Assembly: GCF_963853765.1 (NCBI RefSeq)
Contig: NC_088858.1
Span: 42,222,001-42,286,000 of the forward strand
Length of the DNA stretch: 64,000 nucleotides
Direction: 5' to 3'
From: Magallana gigas
Lineage: Eukaryota
A program made the translations under genes and the position numbers. Positions 25,710-38,236 of this stretch are shown piece after piece (within the stretch, counting starts at the first letter, position 1; each line of letters starts with the position of its first letter). The notes under the pieces were generated by a model that was not told the DNA's origin, did no database searches, and saw only the letters and a list, made by a program, of their open reading frames with translations.

Positions 25710-28144
25710 GGACCCGTTTCATAAAGATTTCCTAAGATGTTTCTAAGATAGAACTTAAGATATGCCTAAGTTATAACTTAGGAAGTTCCTAAGATTTGTC
25801 ATAGCTGTTTCACAAAACTTTCTTAGCGTAACTTAGCGTAAGTTGACTAAATCTTATCTTAAGATACATTGTAAGCCACTTTTAAATCATTTCGTTAATT
25901 CCTAACTTATATAGATCATGTAAATTCTTTTCAATTTGGCATGGGTGTACACTTTCTATGTAAACGTAAAAACACGTTCCCTTATTCACCTAGAAACAAA
26001 TTTAGTTAGAAAAAAAAGTTAAAACGTGTAAATACAGTGCAAATAGTTCGTGCATACACGAGTAGATAAAATAACGTAATAAAACCGTATATTCTTTGAA
26101 AACGGTATTTTTTAATTTGAGAAATCGCAGCATTTTTCTTATTTATGCTACATGTACATATAATTCTTGACAGCATGAATCATTCGAAAAAAAATTGGTC
26201 ACTCCTAGAATTTCTGTTACTCTTTAGAAATGATCGAGTGCCTTTTTGCGTAGTTGGTCCATTATAAATAGTCCGTGTTTACATATACAGATATGCTTTA
26301 AAATCCTAAATTAAAAATACCCGTTGGGATATCCAAATATTATGACTTTATTATATATTACGGTGTATTTCAAAATGGAATACAATACTTACATGGATTT
26401 AGAATGGAAAGATGTGGAACTTTTAAACTAAGTTTAATGTAACGCGTGGTTTCTTGCAATGGTTGAAACAAGAATAGGGTTTTTTAACAAAAGGAAACAT
26501 TGCAAATACATGCATCTTGGCTGATAGGGGAAGCGAGGATAAAAGACAACAATTTCTTAATGAAACAGCATTTCCCAAGGATGATTTAGCATTGACATAC
26601 CTAAACCACTTGCCGGTCACTCCTACCCCTCCCAACAAAAATTGAAATAAACAACCTCTCACCCCACCGCAAAGAAAACACCTAAAATTTCTTTCGTAAA
26701 AGAAAAGCTTATTTGGTGGAGGGATAGGACAAATCATCCAGTCATTCTGTATATTAAGTTTTATTAAGTATTTATTCCTATTTTTATCGAACTACTTAAG
26801 ACATCAGTGATTCTCGGGGATGAATAATTTCATTATCATCAGTGCACTAACTATAACAATACCCGCTACCCATCTGCGCATGCGACCAGATAATCTTTAA
26901 AAAAAATGTTAAAATTAATAAAAGTCTACACAAAAGAAATTAATTGAAGAAATATATGCTATTCTGATAGTTCTAAAGTTTTCAGTTAAGAAGTAAAGTG
27001 AACAAGTCCTAATGATTCGTTTTTTCTTGTATTTTTGTTCAACTTTAAAATGCATGAGAATTCATCTATATTACTATATTAAAATAATAGACTCGAATTT
27101 TTGGGCTTTAATACCGAGAAATCGGAAGAGTACTGTCTTTTGTTTTATATATTTTAAACTTCATTGGTACTTGAAGATTACCAATTTGTTTTTATTTTTT
27201 CTCAGTCAAGCTTTGCTAATTAATAATCAACGAAAATTCCTTTCGAAAATCCGGAAACCATCTGGATTTTTTAGATTTTACAATCTTGCGCATGCGCATT
27301 GTATTCACGCTAAATCTATGCTCTTTAGTTTATGTTTCCACAATATCACATTTGTATGGATAAACTCAGAAACGATATTACAAATACGTGTAAATTTTCA
27401 TTGAAAATTTGTCATATAATATTATTCTGTTCATCAATGGAAATACGGGAGATAACTCTAACTCAGTGCATTTAATATGAAAGATCCCGAAAGTTCCGAA
27501 TGTATACGTGGTGTGTTAATTCGAAGCAAGTAAAAACGTTGGTGAAAAAGTGTTGAATTCCTCCAGTCACTTATTCTTCATTAATATGAATTAAATTTTT
27601 GGTTGAAAGGTATTAACAGCATCAAAATGATTTTTTATAAATAATTTGACTGTTATTTTCAATGCAGCTTCATTAATTTTCTCCAAAATTGTTTCGGAGT
27701 GATTCTGCAATTTTTTGCTACATTGCGGGTATATAGGAGGCATTTTAACTGTGGTGAAGGCCTGTGCCGAGACACAGTTAGATTATTCTAACTAAGCAGA
27801 GGGTTGTAAAATTGATAGCATTATTGTATTAAGCGTGGTTATGTAAATGTCAACAATACGGTGTGTCGATGTATCTATTTCGTAAATGTCCTATACCATA
27901 TGCAATGTCAACCCGTGCATGCACGGGTCAAAGCACGGGTCAAAGTCTAGTTTCATTATAAAGTAAACAGTCGCCATGTTAAGTTTGTTACTAAGACATC
28001 AATTTACCTGTCTTAAAGTTAAGACATAACTTAGGAATTTCATAAGATAAGACTGGAATAGTGAAACGGATAAGTAATGAACTTAGGAAAAAGTTCTTTC
28101 CTAAGATATAACTTAGTCCTAAGTATGCTTTGTGAAACGGGCCC
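25710..28144. mobile_element. PIF/Harbinger-like non-autonomous element (17-bp TIR, CAG TSD)
   Basis: cag|ggacccgtttcataaag ... ctttgtgaaacgggccc|cag. Dense CTAAG/CTTAG subterminal repeats at both ends. No transposase ORF. Confidence 0.82.
27911..27951 (+). mobile_element. Helitron 3' terminus nested in the Harbinger-like element
   Basis: Hairpin acccgtgc-at-gcacgggt followed by CTAG|T at 27947-27951. 5' end not located. Confidence 0.7.
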
Positions 28145-28649
28145 CAGGATTCTAGCAGCACTTTTCAAGTAGTTTAGGTCATGTACTGTTGATATTCACA
28201 AAAGTTATCTTTCATAATATCCGGGGTAGTGTTACACTTTTGCATTTTTGTACACATTGACAGAGGAAAGGCTGGCCAAGACATATAAATGTCGATCTGC
28301 TTACCTTATAACACACTCGCTGATAAAACAAAATATCCATGCCTGTATATTGTCCTGATTATATCCTAACCGACACTCATCTAAGTCTTATATCGGCATT
28401 GTTTACATTGCATTACCAAGATTTGTCTCCCGACATAATCATCTCTATTAATCCTCATGTTTATTTGAGGGTTTTTATCTTTCAACAGCTGTTTTGGTCA
28501 GATTTTGGCATAAACAAGTCAGTTAAGGAAATGATCACATTTTTGGTCCATATGTGTACATGTAGAAGATAACAAAACACCCCATTTTTATATACAAAAA
28601 CAACTATCAATACAAAATATATGTTTTTTTATTGTCGGTAAATACCAAT

Positions 28650-28880
28650 GGTAGCGAAGCGCGTGAATCATTAGTCATAGGTATTAGGCGTGTAGCCCAA
28701 AGGTTGCTGGTTCAAATCCATCTATGGTCATTTAATATAATGTTGTGTGTTGTGCCCTTAGACAAGGCACTTTATCTACATTGTCAAAGTCCATCGAGCT
28801 GATATTGGGTTCCTGCGATAGACTGGTGTCCCATCCAGGGGGACTCGATGACCTTCATCTGCTTTGCATCGAGGACACCG
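28650..28880 (+). mobile_element. tRNA-derived SINE (degenerate)
   Basis: B-box ggttcaaatcc (28709-28719), then tgtgcccttagacaaggcacttt and cctgcgatagactggtgtcccatccaggg, which resemble conserved central domains of metazoan SINEs. Confidence 0.6.
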
Positions 28881-30076
28881 GGAATAAGCGTCTTATGCGT
28901 CTTCATGGTACGAAAGACGATTTAACTTTAATTACAAAGTGTAATAAGCAGATGTGGCATTACATTTACTAGATTAAATACAAGCACGTACATACACAAA
29001 TAGTAGTTTGATAAGGCGTCATTCTTTGTGTCCCGAGTTTCAGTTTACTAGTATACCTTTCGTTGCCTCTTATGATATGTTTTCTATAGCTATTCGTTCA
29101 ATTTACGCAGCTCAAGTGTTTTTGATTCACTTGTCTTTCCATGGATTTAGAAAAGGCATGGTTTATCTACGAAAATTTAACACCTGTCTAACCATTATGT
29201 TAGTCTTATTTGTGAATTTTTCTTTAATTCACAGTGTGACAGCATTCATTGCGACAATGTGAACAACAGTTATACAAAAACATGAATGATTAAAAAAAGA
29301 AACTCAACATTCTAACAAAGTTGATTTTATTTCTTGCAACGATAGTGATTTTCTCCTTTCAAATCAGTTTTTTTTAGATAAGCATATACGTACATGTATA
29401 TAATATGTTTTAGTTATGACAAAGAATGAACAAAATAATTAATAAATAAAACAAAATCTTGTTTCATTTTGAGAATAACTTAGTAGTAAGAGAAAATACT
29501 GACTTAAACAAATAATATAGTGAAAAATTAAATACATTAGCATGTCAACTCGAAAGTATTTCATGATCATATATTTAAAATATCTTAAACAAAACAGAAA
29601 TTTTAATTGCAATTTTAAAACGTTTTTCTCAAATCTTTGATTGTTTAGAGAAAGGGGATATTTGTTTTACAGTGTGAAATAAAAAATGAATGATTACTAT
29701 CCGTCGTGCAATTTGATGCAAATATGATTTGAAATGAGGCAAATAAAAACGAGTTTAATATGAATATATATCAGGTGAACTACGACTTTTTCTTTAAATA
29801 GGTGTCTAACGATTATTCTGAAGAAAAAAATCTTAATCTTGCATAAAAGTTGTCACAAAACCTTAATTCAATGGAAAAACCACCATTTATTGTAATAAAA
29901 ACCGACACGTTTAAAAAGAAGTCTTTAGCAGGAGATTCACTCTTGATAAGAAAATCGAAATATCGAAAATGATGATCGTCAAAATCAACCTGGTGCCTCT
30001 CCGGATTAGGCCAATATTATAAACTCACAGTATGAAGGAACATTCTGGAGGAGACACACTAAGGGTTTAATGATGA

Positions 30077-30232
30077 CATCTAAATATTTCTCTTTTCAGA
30101 TGATGTTAGAGAAGTGCTAAGACAGCTATCAGAATTAGTTCAAAAAGTAAATGATATCAGCAGTGAAGTCAAGATTCTGATAGCTGTCTTAGCACTTCTC
30201 TAACATCATCTGAAAAGAGAAATATTTAGATG
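30077..30232. repeat. Perfect 59-bp inverted repeat with 38-nt loop
   Basis: 30077-30135 is the exact reverse complement of 30174-30232. Confidence 0.97.
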
Positions 30233-30476
30233 CTAGTATGATTTTACAAATAGATAATTCTTGTTCCTTTTATAACACACCTATGTGGATCGTAAATTAC
30301 TGTGTTAAAATCTATGGGGGTGTTATGAATGTGTTACGATCTTCCTATGTAGTTTTGATTAAGGTTTTATACAACTGTGTGTTTTATCTTAATTGATGTT
30401 TAAAAATGATTATAAGTGTTAAAAATGCTTAGTAAATACTTAAACAAAAAGTAAACTGTTTTGATATCGAACATAC

Positions 30477-30688
30477 CGTATATTCCAGTACACACTTTAA
30501 GATAAAACATCGAGCCTGCATATGGACTATGTTCCAGAATCCGGCAATATAATGCATAAGTCTGCATTGAGTTGACTTCAAACAGTCCGACTTGCACGAA
30601 TCTAGGGTTGTTCTGTAGGAACGCTCAACATCTTTATCGAACACAGCAAATTCGCCTTGATACTGAAGACTACAAGGAGTTGTCCGCA
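30477..30688 (-). pseudogene. Copy B exon 2 (PAN domain, frameshifted)
   Basis: ggacag|TG..TAC G|gtatgt; RTTPCSLQYQGEFAV..LDSCKSDCLKSTQCRLMHYIAGFWNIVH / shift / AGSMFYLKVCTGIY. Confidence 0.8.
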
Positions 30689-32759
30689 CTGTCCGAAACA
30701 AATACAACACAAATCATCTCACTTAACAATTGAACAAAATATTACGTTAAAATCATCGTTGATAATTTTTCAATATTAACAGCAATTACACAGATCATGA
30801 GATATAAAAGAGAGAGTGCAATCATGAAGCTTACATTCACCGTGACAATTTACTTTTGTATACAGTTCGTCGCTACTTGAGTGGCGTCATCATTGATTAT
30901 ACTGTATCCAATGTAAAGGTAATAGGTTTTTTTTAAGAATCACTGACAATAAATTGTACAGAACTTGTGTTATTGTTTGACAATTAAGACTTTGTAAATA
31001 CTGAGCAATGTGTATGTCAATAATATGTGTGTTTCTAAAAGAAGAGTTAATGGTGCATTTGTTTATACATCATAGAAAGACACATTACTGTTCATACAAT
31101 ATTTATAAAAATTACCTTTTTTTAACAAAGCAACTAATGCACTTAATTATTTTTTGCTGTGACATGTTTCCCAAGATGAGAAGTACAACATATATTAATC
31201 TAAAATTTAGCCAGTTAACCATTAAATGATAAATTTATTTTAAAATGTCCAAAAAGAGACTCTATGCTTGTCGGAGATGTACGGAAACAGCCGAGCGTCT
31301 GGTTGAACGAGACTATATATTGAACTCTGGCGTAGGAATACGTAAAATGTACGACTTCAAAAAATATCTAAATTGTTCGTACCATTTAAAATCTGACTAT
31401 TTACAAGGTACATGTATCTATATAATAAATGGGTTTCCTTGAAGAACAATGCTTAAGAACTCATTACATCGAATTTATTGATTAGAAATAAATGTTGTCA
31501 GCGGTGTTGATTTGATAGTATGACTAAAGTAGTCATAACATCAAATTTTATTTTTAAGGTATCCCACTCCTCAATGTTGTTGTATCAAGATTTTTTTGAG
31601 AAGTATATCATTGAAATCTGTAGACAAAACAAACTTAAAAAATACAAAGATAATGGGGGACCAGTATCCATCCCTCTGAGTTATGGCCCCTTTAATATGA
31701 CCTTTTTGCACCTACATATGTAAAATGCAATTTCATCCTGATTAGGGTTTGTTGTCAGTATTTTTGATTAAGCAAACTTATTTCTTCAAATATTGTTTTT
31801 AATCATGCACAATGGTCACACTGAATAGAGGGATTATGAAAAAAAATTGTACAAAGCTGCATGAATTTTTTTGTGACCTTTTTGCACTTAAAATAGACAA
31901 TTTCTATAATAGTTACAATTTGATTTGAAATGAAAACTTCTTGAATATCAAGAATTTTATAAAATCAATCCAGTTTGCCTAAATATGTTTTCAGTATTAT
32001 TTTGACATAATATAACATGGGGGTCAGTGATGTCAAATTTTAGATATAGGGCTTCAAAGGTAAAATTCTCGCAAAATTTGGCTTAAAAAAATTCAGACAT
32101 GTTCTATATATATGCATGATTTTATGCTAAACGGCTATCACATTCTCAAGATTTGATTTTGTACATGTCACACAGAACCTATAAAATATGTTACAAACCT
32201 ATCAAATGTTAAAAATGTGAATAACGAATAAAGTATAATAAAAAGAAAAGTATATTGAAAATTCATAAAATTGCTTGTTTCTGTCATTTTTGTCTAAAAA
32301 AAACCTTCCGCACGAAAAAATAGTTCCCCAAAAAACTTGTTTGTTTCTTGAATTTAAATGGATTTTCTTTATGAATGTTGTGTAATTATGAAATAATGAT
32401 CTATCTGTGATGATTAAATAAATAAAATCATATTCATTTTAAATATAATGATCATCTGCGCAATGAAATCAAAACATGAGTAGTGAGATACCTTAAATAA
32501 ACGTTTGTGTGGAGACACTTGTCTTGCTTGAACGCTGCCTTTTAAATTGCCGAAGGTTGGATATATCGATGAAAACTTTTGATAAAAAGTGGGTATACGT
32601 ATTGAATACAGAACAATAACCAGCTGAGACTTGTAATTTTGGGGCTTTTTTAATGTACACAATTTTGTATTTTCTAGCGAAAGAACAATACTTTAACCAA
32701 AAACTAAACAAATAGGGACCCGCCCTATAACGTAATACGAGATGAAACTATATACTTAC

Positions 32760-32943
32760 GAAAATCGGTGATATTCGCTTGCCCCAACAAAATAAGATCT
32801 GAATACTTCTTTTGAGATTCTAGGATGTGAAGCATATCTCGTAGAGTTTGTTGTCCATCATTATTAGCTGTATATATCAGCTGCGAGTCTACAGCCAATA
32901 CACAAAGACAAACAATCATACAAATATTCGACATTTTTATCAT
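32760..32943 (-). CDS. Copy B exon 1 (signal peptide; open)
   Basis: MIKMSNICMIVCLCVLAVDSQ...KKYSDLILLGQANITDF C|gtaagt. Confidence 0.75.
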
Positions 32944-34077
32944 TCAGTGTCAGTTCCTTGAATACCACCAGGTTGTTTAAAAAAGTACAAAATTAAAATG
33001 ACGCATTACTCAAGTGTCAGGTTTCATTTGGGACAATTATTTTTTACTTTATTTCTTAGACATACAAAGTAGAATAAGGCTAAAAATTCTTTGGTAGTTG
33101 CATTGAGCATGTTTGTGATCGGTGATCCCCACTCGCTGATGTAATCATGCATATATGTGTGTAATATTAATGAAATTTACATTCATGAATTATAAAAATA
33201 AAATAAACGTACATGAATATGGTAATGAACTCCAGACAAGTGATCATGCAGTGATTAGTGATTAATGTGATCAAGTGATAAACAGTGTTGATATTGAAAT
33301 GAAATTAATGATTGAATGCAAGCAAACCAATTGCCAATGTAATTTGTAAGGACTTTTTAAATTGTTTCAATCAATTCCATAGATGAACATGATCATCTGA
33401 GTTAAACTTTTAACAAAACTATCTGAATTGAGTTTCATAACATAAAACCAGGTCAGGTTATGTATAGTAAGAAAAATGGGTTGTATTTTTTTTTTGCGCA
33501 CTTGTAATGAATATACCGGGTATGTAATTTTTACCTACGCGTAGACCAGGAAGTCCATGCATTCACAGTTCAAGGAAAACACTGAACAATGAAGAGAAAG
33601 TCGATCGGAGTTTTGTATTCAAAGCACAAAAGAAAGTTTTAGCAAATGAATACTCATTCGGATCACCTCGCCCTTTCCGTCGCTTACTAGAAAAAGTTAT
33701 TTTATCAAAATGGCCAAAAGCAATCATGGAGATGGACCCTGAAACAAAAACTTGAGGAATCATTTTATAGGCCGGGGGTTTGAGGCCTGGATAATTATGT
33801 AATTTAACAAACAAATTTTAGTTAAAATACTTACCGTCCTTACAGGCATATTCATACTAAATGAGTGTGTGAAATTGCCGTTATTCTTAACCAAATACAT
33901 GTACGATATTATTACAATTGTCTGTTTCTTACTTTTGTAACATAATATTAGTGACATTGTCCACTTGAAATGTCAAAACTTCATTTAAATTTCATCCTTT
34001 TTCTGTTAAACAGTTAAATCAAATCTGATCACAATTATTTACTGCACTAGAATTCAGTTCAGATCATTTACCTTTAA

Positions 34078-35080
34078 AGGGACCTAGACACAATTTTAGA
34101 TTAAAATTTTCTTTTTCTTTTTTTTTATGTAGAAAATGGTTTACTTGATTATTTTGAATGATTGACCAAAATTTGAATGTTAAAGGGACATGGTCACGAT
34201 TTTGGTCAAAAATTAATTTTCCGATTTTAATGTTTACAATGTTTCAGAAAGTCATTTTTGATAGGCAACCGAAATTTGAGTGTCATTTGTTGAGTTATAA
34301 TCGAGTTACAGAGCTTGAAATTCTTCGCTATGTAAACAAAGCGTTTGTTCACTTTTTGAACGTTGAAGTAAAAATTTCAGTTTTAAATCTAAATCGAATG
34401 TGTTAAACGTTAGGAACTGTTTATCTATGCTTAAGATGAACAAATAAGCTGGAAAAAGATTTTTTACTGGTATATTGAACCTATGTAAACAAAAACAGGA
34501 CACGAGCCTTGTTTACATGATTAAGAATTGTGAGCTCTGTATCTTGCTTATAATTCTACGAATGACTCTCAATTTTTTTTTGATCATATATATTAGAAAT
34601 TTCTAAAGCGCTGTAAATAATAAAAACATAGAAACAGAATTTGACCAAAATCGTGACCATGCCCCTTTAAAAGTTATAAAAGTTATAAGAAAGATAGAAG
34701 GGAGAGAAATCATTGTTATGTAAACAAAGCTCGAATCTTATATTTGTTTACAAATAATGTAAAGTATGGAATTACCGTTTTTCCCAAATGACTAGTGGCA
34801 AACAAGGTAAACTAATTCAATGTGTTCATAGATAATATGATAAACAGAAAAAAACAATATTTCATTTAGACTTATACCAATAAAACACTTATGTAAACCA
34901 TAACAAACCTCGGGCTTTGTTTAAAAACAAAGATTTTTAAACTCTGTATCTTGCTTATAACTCAATATTTGACTTTCAAATTTTGACAAAGCATTAAAAG
35001 TACCCATATTAGCCATTCTAAACATTAAAATTGGAAAAATAAAATTTTAAATTTTGAGCTCAAATCGTGTCCAAGTCTCT
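34078..35080. mobile_element. Kolobok-like non-autonomous element (outer), TTAA TSD
   Basis: ttaa|agggacctagacacaattttag ... ctcaaatcgtgtccaagtctct|ttaa. Confidence 0.78.
34184..34666. mobile_element. Kolobok-like non-autonomous element (inner, nested), TTAA TSD
   Basis: ttaa|agggacatggtcacgattttggtcaaa ... tttgaccaaaatcgtgaccatgcccct|ttaa. Confidence 0.9.
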
Positions 35081-35277
35081 TTAATGCAACGTATGCATTT
35101 AAGACTCTTATCAACTAAGGAAACTTTTTTTGCGAATGTATGCACAAACTGAAGTAAAATAGTTTCTTTATGAATCAGATAATAAGTCCAACTTTTGAAT
35201 TAAAAGCATCACATTTCTAATGACCAAGATTCTCAAGAAAAAGGTTATGTCATTTTTTTCATCTTATTTGGATATTA

Positions 35278-37705
35278 TTATACCCGCACATTCTAAAGAA
35301 AGTTCGGGTATATTGTTGAACCCTGTTCCGTCCGTCCGTCTGTCACGTTTTACTTTCTCAAACTACTCTTACATCTTATAAACCAGCAAACTGAACTCTT
35401 GGAGTTTGATTTGGGGTATCATGTTGTTTTGTAAAAAGGTTTCAAAAATTCACTGTTAGTCCTGGGGGTCAAATAATTGGTAAAAAATGATGTTTTTTTT
35501 CACAAAAAACCTTCTTCCTTGAACTCCTCCTACATTTTCAACAGTAGACAAATCATCTCTTGGAATATGATTTAGGGTATCTTATAGATGCGCAATAAGG
35601 TTTCGGAATTTTCAATTTTGTCCTGGGGTCATTTAATGGCTGAAAAATGACGTGGTTTTTTTTTTTTTTTTTTTTTTACAAAAAAACTGGTTTCAAAAAC
35701 GTCATTTTTTTGGGCAGTAGCCAAATGATCTTCTAGATCTTGGGGGGGGGGGGGGGGTCATATTGAAGTGTGATCAGGTTCCAGAATAATTTTTTTTATT
35801 AAGGGGATCAGTGGGCAATAAAAAATGACGCCAAAAAAAGCATGGTTTCCAGAACTCCTCTTACAACTTTTGGAGTAGATACGTCATCCCTTGGGATATA
35901 ATTGGGGCTGTTCTATAGATGTGCGATAAGGTTTTAAAAATTAAAATTTCATCCAGGGAGTCAAAAAGTAGCAGAAAATTGACGTTTATCACTTCAAAAA
36001 AACACAGATCCTAGAACTCCTTTTATGATTTAATGGATAGACATATCATATCTTGGGATATGATAGGAACTGTTCCATAGATGTGCATTACGGTTTTGAA
36101 AAATTAAATTTAACCCTGAGGCCCATTACCTACATACCTTTTGATGCCCTTTAAGGATCAAGAATATATATGGTTAAGGGGTGGGGATCTCAACCATTTT
36201 CGAGATATTCGTGCATTTCCTGTTCGAGGGGGGGTCATGACCACCCCCGGGGCCCATGACCTAGATACCGTTTGATGCCCCTTGACACAAGGAACAAGAA
36301 TATAATTATATGGTTTAAGGGTGGGGATCTCAACTGTTTTGAAGATATTAAGGGACTTGCTGTTTGAGGGATGAGAACCACCCACAGGGCACATGACCTA
36401 CATAACATTTGATGCCCCTTGACATCAGAAACATAAATATATATGGTTTAGGGGTCATGATTATAACAGTTTCTGAGATATATGGTAATTTCAAATTCCT
36501 GGGGGCTGGGGATGACCCCAGGTATCAGATCTAATAAACCCTATATATTGCCAGTAACAGTCAATATATGATTATGAAAACCTTATATTATTATCTTTGT
36601 CCGTTTTCAAGTAACCATTTACGATAGAGTCTACATTTCTTCATACAAAGTTCAATGTTAGAACCCCCCCCCCCCCGAAAAGTGGTTGTCTAACCCAAAA
36701 TGAGAAAAATCAAACCAGGGTGCACAACTAGATATGCAGGCCTATCATATCCTAGAGTTTTGTACAATTCTGTTCAGCCATCTCTGAGAAACAAGTTCAG
36801 AGCGGGAAAGAAGGAAAAGAAGACGAAGAATAATAATACATGTATTAAGAACCGTACAAAAACAATAAGTCTCCAAATTTCATTCGGGAGACTTAATAAA
36901 GATTAAATAGAGATAGGATCATCAAACATCAATAATGTTAAGATAATTGACAATTTCTAATTCTAAGGGGGTCAGGATGACCCCTTAGGGTCATGACTTA
37001 CATGCCATAATGATCTGATGCGCCATGACCTAAGGAGGAATAATATCTTTGGATTAAGGTGGGGATCTCAATGGTTTTTATGATATTTGATAATTTCAGG
37101 AAGAGCACTTGGGATCATGACCTACATACCATCTGAAATGCCTTGAACAAAGAAGCAATAATATAATATGTACATGCTATATGATTCAATTTAAGAGCAT
37201 TGGGGTCCAAGGTGTATTTTTGGTAATTTTACTATTGATATAAATGAATTTTCATGGGGGGGGGGGGGGGGGAGAGGTCGGGTCTGGACCACTCACTCCC
37301 ATCCCTTGTCTAAATCTGTGCACATGATGATGTACATGTAGGCACACAGAAGCAAATCTAAAACTGGCAACCGCCACGGGGAGGGGACATAATTCAATTT
37401 TTAATTTTGTTTGTAATAATTATATAGACCATTATACTTTCTATGACATGAAATTTTAAGATAATTGATTAACTGAAAATTCACTGCAAACAGTTCAACC
37501 CCAAATTGCACATAAAGTGCTGCTCACGTGTACATGTGTATTATCATATGGGAAGGTATCTCATCCTTCATTTATGAAAATTATAATTTTTAATTGTATT
37601 ACCAGAGCTTGCATGTGGCCTTCATTTTTAATTAAACTGGTACAAAACAGTGTTTTTTAGGGGCAAACACTTGGTGCGGGTATTACTGTCCAATGACAGC
37701 ATCTA
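35278..37705 (+). mobile_element. Helentron-associated interspersed element (HINE/DINE-1-like), composite
   Basis: 5' subTIR tatacccgcac, internal IR cgggtat and (GTCY)n. 3' subTIR gtgcgggtatt, hairpin ctgtc-caat-gacag and T-run. Internal degenerate tandem units of about 180 and 130 bp. Confidence 0.78.
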
Positions 37706-38236
37706 TTTTTATTTGGAATCAAATCAACTACCACTACAGAATTTGAATATTTGGTTTTGGCTTTTAATTTTTAATCGTCGGTAAATACAGGGGGTATACA
37801 TTTAATTTGTCATTACGGATAAAATGCAAGCATATAGATATTTCAAAAAATTGTAATTTCATATTACACCACTGTTTTGGGCTTTATCTTTTGTGTCTTT
37901 CTGTGTACATATACGGTGCAAAATTGTTCCTATCCATTTCCGCAACAAGAGGGTTTTTGGTCCACATTTCTTTCCATTGACTCGCAAAGAGGAAAGACGA
38001 GTTTTATATATGATAAATCAATCCCCGTCTGCATTCAATTTTATGTGTACTTATTTTTTAAGTCTAAAATGCATTTAGTTCTATGAAAGAAGTGAAACAC
38101 AAATTCATTGAGCTTGGTTCTGTTTTTTAAAACTGATTGCAAGATAAAAACTCATTCGATATTAAATTAATGTGCAGTGATTATATTTTAAGAGTTGTAG
38201 GCACTGTACAAAATACGTCAATTTACAGTACTTATG

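Larger units (their letters stand above)
30169..32943 (-). pseudogene. PAN/Apple + coiled-coil gene, copy B (disabled paralog)
   Basis: Exon 1 32943-32760 (signal peptide, phase 1). Exon 2 30688-30477 is 212 nt, not a multiple of 3, so it is frameshifted, and it has a Cys>Trp change. Exon 3 starts at 30209 and is broken by the inversion, giving a stop at 30169-30171. Confidence 0.8.

Noticed and set aside
33238-33292. GTGAT motif cluster upstream of copy B as a regulatory module
   Set aside because: Indistinguishable from a decayed short microsatellite; no independent support.
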